From positions 41,676 through 105,675 of the forward strand of contig CAZYLF010000003.1 of the NCBI GenBank assembly GCA_964648765.1: a DNA stretch of 64,000 nucleotides. The letters run 5' to 3'. Positions within the stretch are counted from its first letter, which is position 1, and each line of letters begins with the position of its first letter. A model generated the notes under the pieces. That model searched no databases, was not told the origin of the DNA, and saw nothing but the letters and a program-made list of their open reading frames with translations. This DNA comes from an uncultured Candidatus Saccharibacteria bacterium. Lineage in GTDB: Bacteria; Patescibacteriota; Minisyncoccia; Phycocordibacterales; JACOZG01. Below, piece after piece: positions 59,788 through 64,000 of the stretch. A program made the position numbers and the translations under genes.

Positions 59788-59847
59788 GCGCGATGGCTTG
59801 CCCATCGCGCTTTTTTATTTGACTAATTATACTAATAGCAGTAGCTT
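59788..59847 (+). repeat. terminator-promoter module, copy D
   Basis: GCGCGATGG-N5-CCATCGCGC-T6-AT-TTGACT-N17-TAGCTT. Confidence 0.85.
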
Positions 59848-59905
59848 TCATTTAGAAATCGTTCACGTTTATGAAAACAAAGCATGTTCATTGAAAGGAG
59901 CAATC

Positions 59906-60412
59906 ATGCAAATTGAGAATCTGGATGACTTTCACGAATCTACCCTCCAAATAATTGGGCAGCAGATGAATAGTTTCAGCACAGCGCAAATTTTGCGAAC
60001 CATTTGTTTGTTAGTGGGCGATCAGTTACCTCCCCACCTGCAGAAAAGAAAAGACAACTTGGCCAAAATTGTAAGCAAAGTAGTTGGACGAATTGATCTT
60101 TCAACTCACCCATCTGTTGAAATTGCCACCTTCTTAAGAGAACGAGGCGCCAGCGCAAGGTCTCTCAGAATCGCCCTTGAAGAAATCGGAGAAGTTGACC
60201 AACCAGAACCAGCTATTTTGGAAAGGATAGTCTCCTACGCTCGAGAAGAAACTCTGGATGCGAATGATCTCTTGGTGATGCCACATCACCTAGTAATTGG
60301 CATTCTTAGGTGTGAGAATTCACTCGGAGCAAGGTCCTTGACCCATCTTGGTGTTCCACTTGAAGAAACAGCAAAAGAAATCAGACAAGCTTTTGCAAAA
60401 TCTGAAGACTGA
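59906..60412 (+). CDS. array gene 7: stand-alone Clp N-terminal-domain-like protein
   Basis: AREE......V.PHHLVIGILR.ENSLGARSL..LGV Clp_N pattern; AAGGAG SD. Confidence 0.65.
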   Translation: MQIENLDDFHESTLQIIGQQMNSFSTAQILRTICLLVGDQLPPHLQKRKDNLAKIVSKVVGRIDLSTHPSVEIATFLRERGASARSLRIALEEIGEVDQPEPAILERIVSYAREETLDANDLLVMPHHLVIGILRCENSLGARSLTHLGVPLEETAKEIRQAFAKSED

Positions 60413-60422
60413 TTAGTTTACC

Positions 60423-60454
60423 GCGCGGTGGTTCATACCCACCGCGCTTTTTTT
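60423..60454 (+). repeat. terminator module copy E (no promoter; closes the array)
   Basis: Hairpin identical to copy B, followed by T7 but no TTGAC. Confidence 0.85.
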
Positions 60455-60517
60455 GTATTAAAAACAGAAAACCCACCATCTCGCGACAGGGGTTTCCTGT
60501 TTTGAGATGGTGGGTTG

Positions 60518-60715
60518 CTACTTGTTTTCGAGATCAGTGAGAATTTCGACAATCTTACTGTTGTGCTCATCAGCGCCACAGGTGCAGTCGCCTGCCATGT
60601 GTGGGTCGTTAACGGGACAATGATCTGGGTGGCTTCTTTTAAGACCCTCAAGTCTCATCTTGGTTCTGGCGATCTTTTCAATTAGTTCCCACTCTAACAA
60701 ACTTGGTCTACCCAT
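60518..60715 (-). CDS. small Cys/His-rich hypothetical protein
   Basis: HPDHC....H...CTCG..EHN; AAGGAG SD; own hairpin at about 60470-60516. Confidence 0.55.
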   Translation of the reverse strand: MGRPSLLEWELIEKIARTKMRLEGLKRSHPDHCPVNDPHMAGDCTCGADEHNSKIVEILTDLENK

Positions 60716-60780
60716 AAAAAACTCCTTTCTTTATAGAATCAAACCCCAACCTAACATAAAAATTTTTAGCGTCAAATAAC

Positions 60781-61734
60781 CTAAATCTTAAACTCGATCA
60801 CGTCACCATCCTTCACAATATATTCTTTGCCTTCAGTGCGTTTGAGACCGCCTTTGAGTAGGCTCTCCCAATTCACAATATCAGCTTTAATAAATTTATC
60901 TTTAAAGTCCGTGTGGATCGCCGTGCCGGCTTCGGGTGCGGTGCTGCCAGCGCGGATCGTCCAGGCACGAGTCTCATCTTCACCAGTGGTGAAGTAAGTT
61001 ATAAGCCCAAGCAAGTGATATGCTGCGCGAATGAGATCATCGAGACCAGTTTCAAAAACGGAGTCTACCTGCACTACTTCACGCCCCTTGAAAGCATTTT
61101 TAATTTCATCAACTTTATTTTCATTAGCTTCAGAACTATTGAGCACATAGAGAATCGGTTTGGCGGTGAGCAAACATAAATGCTTCGGTGCGTCAGCCCC
61201 GGCCAACTCCCCTTTCTCAAGTTTAGCCTTAAGCTCCGTTAAAATTTTATCTTCTGCCACCGCCTCTTTATCTCCCCGCTTCAACTCTTTGCCAATGTTG
61301 CTCTGGCGCTTGTTCACCGTCTCAAGATCGGCGAGCACTAATTCATATTCAATCGTCTTCACATCATCGAGTGGTGAGACTTTGTTGGCCACATGGATCA
61401 CATCTTTATCTTCAAAAACTCGCACCACCTGAGCAATCGCATCCACCTCGCGGATGTGGGAGAGAAATTTATTCCCCAGACCTTCACCCGACGCCGCACC
61501 GGCCACTAAGCCAGCGATGTCTACGAATTCAATTGCCGCCGGAATAGTCTTGGCCGATTTACTAAATTCACTCAACTTCGCCAAGCGATCATCTGGCACC
61601 GCCACCACGCCCACCGATGGATCGATGGTGCAAAATGGATAATTCTCCGCTGGCACGCCCTTCTTAGTAAGCGCGTTAAACAACGTCGACTTGCCAACGT
61701 TTGGTAGCCCCACAATGCCGATGGATAGAGACAT
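60781..61734 (-). CDS. ychF: ribosome-binding ATPase YchF
   Basis: GLPNVGKST, NYPFCTI, DIAGLV, C-terminal TGS domain. Confidence 0.96.
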   Translation of the reverse strand: MSLSIGIVGLPNVGKSTLFNALTKKGVPAENYPFCTIDPSVGVVAVPDDRLAKLSEFSKSAKTIPAAIEFVDIAGLVAGAASGEGLGNKFLSHIREVDAIAQVVRVFEDKDVIHVANKVSPLDDVKTIEYELVLADLETVNKRQSNIGKELKRGDKEAVAEDKILTELKAKLEKGELAGADAPKHLCLLTAKPILYVLNSSEANENKVDEIKNAFKGREVVQVDSVFETGLDDLIRAAYHLLGLITYFTTGEDETRAWTIRAGSTAPEAGTAIHTDFKDKFIKADIVNWESLLKGGLKRTEGKEYIVKDGDVIEFKI

Positions 61735-61792
61735 CTTATTACTATCTACTATTTTGCCCCAAAATTCAAACTACATTAAGAATGTTTATGGT

Positions 61793-63829
61793 TTAAGCCC
61801 TCGGTTTTAAATGGCTGATATGCCTAGATAAAATCTCTTGAATAGCAGCAGGAAAGTCTTCAACACTTTGCGGGATGATGCTATCTTCGCCAAAATGATA
61901 CTTGACCTTGGCTGGAATATCACCTTCTGAGGTAATAGCCGTACCCTCAAAAGGTGTAACGTTTCTGGCTTCTTCAGCAGCGGCTTTAGTATCAGGGCTC
62001 TCTGTTGTGCTGTCTGAAACAAAAACCATTAATGTCCCTAATCTGTCGCTGACGCCGCGAAATTGCTGAGAGGCTCGGTGTAATCGAGGCACAGCTGCTT
62101 GAATTGCTCGAGCATCTTCATTGCCCTTATTGCCAAAAGGTCCGGCTGGGTCAACCATTGATACCAGTTTGGTTTTAATTTTTACCGAGTAATCGTCTTT
62201 TGCTGACTTAATAAGATACTTTTCTCCCAGGTCTTGATCACCGACATTTCCCTCATCGCTCGCGAGTATCTCAATGTGAATATTAAATCCCAAAGCGGCC
62301 TCACAAACCGCGACACAAGCTTTAACTGCATTTTTTATCCGTTCAGCCTCTTGATACATCGAACCGGAGACATCAACTAAGAGTTGCAGAACCAAAGCAT
62401 TTTTTTCTGGAGTCTGCCTTCGCCCCATTGGATTCTCATACCCAGTTCCAAATCTCCTAACCAGCCGCCGGACGTCAAACCGAATACCCTTTTTGCCCCA
62501 ATCATACTGCGGCTCATCAACTTTTGGCAAAAATCTTTCGAAGACACGCTTCAGTTGATGAATCACCGGCTGAACCTCATCTTTTAATTCACTGTATGCT
62601 TCACGTAATTTAGGATCCTCAAAACCATCCTTAGTTTGCAACAAGTCATTCTTTGCTTGCTCGAGCGACTTCTGATCTTTGTCTTTACTTTCAGAATTCT
62701 GTTTGGCTTTTTCTGATTTCTGTTGGAGTCTTTTCTCGTGTTTATCAACAATATTTTTGAAAATTTTCTGCATCTCTGGCGGCCAAGAAGAAGGATCACT
62801 CGGGTCAAAATTGCCGTCTGACTCTGGTGGCTTTTCACCCTTTGACGATTTACCCTTTTTTAATTTTTTATCAGGCTTCGACTTCCCTTCTTTCCCCTCA
62901 CCATCATCACCATCGCCCTCTCCTTCCTCAGATTCACCCGCCTCTTCCGGAAATTCATCAATGAGCTTTTTAAACGACGGCCAAATAACATCAACGATCT
63001 CCCTCTCAACCTCTGCCCCAACTTTCATACAGGGCCGGACCGCATCACCGGTAATCTTTTTCAAGCTCGCTTCAACCTTCAAAAACTCCTCTTTTACTCG
63101 GGGATCTAAGTCATCCAAACTCCACGGTTTTTGCTCTCCCGCTAAATCTTTTTCATGTAAACGCCACAGCGATTCGAGTTTTAAAATAAATTTAAACTGC
63201 TCGGGTGGCGTCATTTTTGGTTTACCCTCCGACCCCTTTATACCCTCCGCGATATTAGGGATTATCAATAACCGATTTTTTTCAAAGAGCTGCTGGCGAG
63301 CATTTTCATGCATTGGCCCACCCACCAGTCTCTCCATTCTTGGATCCTCGATGCAATTGTCTAAACTAGTAAGTTCAGACGGGTCATAGCCTTCTTGGCG
63401 AGCCAAAATTCGGAATCTTTCAATCCGGCCAAAATCTGTCCATTTGGCGTGGCCTTGCTCATGGGCGATCTCTCCGCGCAAAAACTGTTGTGGTGCCTTA
63501 CCAGCCACATAAACATAGGGCAGGCCTATAAGATAGGTTTTCTTTTGCGGGTCATCAACAATTTCTCCCGTTTCAGTTACTGTTTTGGCCGGTACTTGTC
63601 CGCAACAAAACGTGTCGAGAGTTGGGTCGGTATACACCTCGATTACCCTGTCTGGCGTTTGAGAAAACTTTTCCAGATCGCTCAAAATCTGATCAACTTC
63701 TTCCGGCGATGCCGTCTTCATCCGTTCTTGACACCCCGCAATAAAAGCATTGGGATCACCAAGCAAAGTCTCTTCTTTGAGAACTTCTTGGATTTCTCCT
63801 GTTTGCATATTTTCAGGTGTTTTCATCAT
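61793..63829 (-). CDS. CobT/NorD-like VWA protein with N-terminal HExxH domain
   Basis: HEQGH, N.IED.R.E, acidic linker, DVSGSM MIDAS motif. Confidence 0.8.
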   Translation of the reverse strand: MMKTPENMQTGEIQEVLKEETLLGDPNAFIAGCQERMKTASPEEVDQILSDLEKFSQTPDRVIEVYTDPTLDTFCCGQVPAKTVTETGEIVDDPQKKTYLIGLPYVYVAGKAPQQFLRGEIAHEQGHAKWTDFGRIERFRILARQEGYDPSELTSLDNCIEDPRMERLVGGPMHENARQQLFEKNRLLIIPNIAEGIKGSEGKPKMTPPEQFKFILKLESLWRLHEKDLAGEQKPWSLDDLDPRVKEEFLKVEASLKKITGDAVRPCMKVGAEVEREIVDVIWPSFKKLIDEFPEEAGESEEGEGDGDDGEGKEGKSKPDKKLKKGKSSKGEKPPESDGNFDPSDPSSWPPEMQKIFKNIVDKHEKRLQQKSEKAKQNSESKDKDQKSLEQAKNDLLQTKDGFEDPKLREAYSELKDEVQPVIHQLKRVFERFLPKVDEPQYDWGKKGIRFDVRRLVRRFGTGYENPMGRRQTPEKNALVLQLLVDVSGSMYQEAERIKNAVKACVAVCEAALGFNIHIEILASDEGNVGDQDLGEKYLIKSAKDDYSVKIKTKLVSMVDPAGPFGNKGNEDARAIQAAVPRLHRASQQFRGVSDRLGTLMVFVSDSTTESPDTKAAAEEARNVTPFEGTAITSEGDIPAKVKYHFGEDSIIPQSVEDFPAAIQEILSRHISHLKPRA

Positions 63830-63865
63830 AATCTCTAGATAATACAATTATTTTTCAAACTTTGC

Positions 63866-64000
63866 TCATGATTTTGGTTTTTTGAATGAATCAACTTTTT
63901 GGCGAACGGCACTGAAAAGAGAGAGGGTACCTTGATGACGAGACAAGTGTTCAGCGGCGATGTCGGAGATGGTGGCGAGGCCGTAAAGATAGAGCGAACC
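63866..64000 (-). CDS. 3' end of a CDS entering from the right (LRR-like LYLxGLxxISDxAAEHL)
   Basis: Open frame GSLYLYGLATISDIAAEHLSRHQGTLSL...KPKS* by manual translation. Confidence 0.5.
   Translation of the reverse strand, partial: GSLYLYGLATISDIAAEHLSRHQGTLSLFSAVRQKVDSFKKPKS

Noticed and set aside
56137-60454. CRISPR array or classical integron attC sites
   Set aside because: The spacers are gene-sized (0.6-2 kb), there is no cas or intI gene, and the hairpins are short and lack RYYYAAC/GTTRRRY ends.

Overview
This is a bacterial window in genetic code 11 that looks like Patescibacteria/CPR (Parcubacteria-like). That assignment is an inference from the short AlaRS, the FtsA-like/baseplate-like pair beside infA, the sigma-R4/HARE-HTH gene and the AT-rich, SD-less core leaders. 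Core block (about 31.8-54.5 kb plus ychF): dnaJ-dnaK-grpE, rpsI-rplM-rplQ-rpoA-rpsD-rpsK-rpsM-rpmJ-infA, alaS, mnmA, mltG, leuS. There are two tRNAs (Gln-TTG, His-GTG) and no rRNA, CRISPR, integrase or transposase that I can see. Most notable: (1) a compact four-gene ubiquitin-like conjugation operon (E2-like, JAB, E1, Ubl ending -RGN) at 6476-9018; (2) an amino-acid/tRNA-themed island at 21.2-31.8 kb with an ALDH-fold protein fused to a LysRS1-type anticodon-binding domain, two GNAT+deacylase pairs, a T-box-like leader, hisS with a tRNA-His lacking G-1, and an orphan hutH; (3) a DUF559 nuclease flanked by 86-bp palindromic direct repeats, inserted in-frame in mnmA; (4) an array of paralogous 2-TM genes at 55.5-60.5 kb separated by a repeated terminator-promoter module, containing a structured RNA with twin CCUGAAA loops. 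All calls are by eye from motifs; no searches were run.
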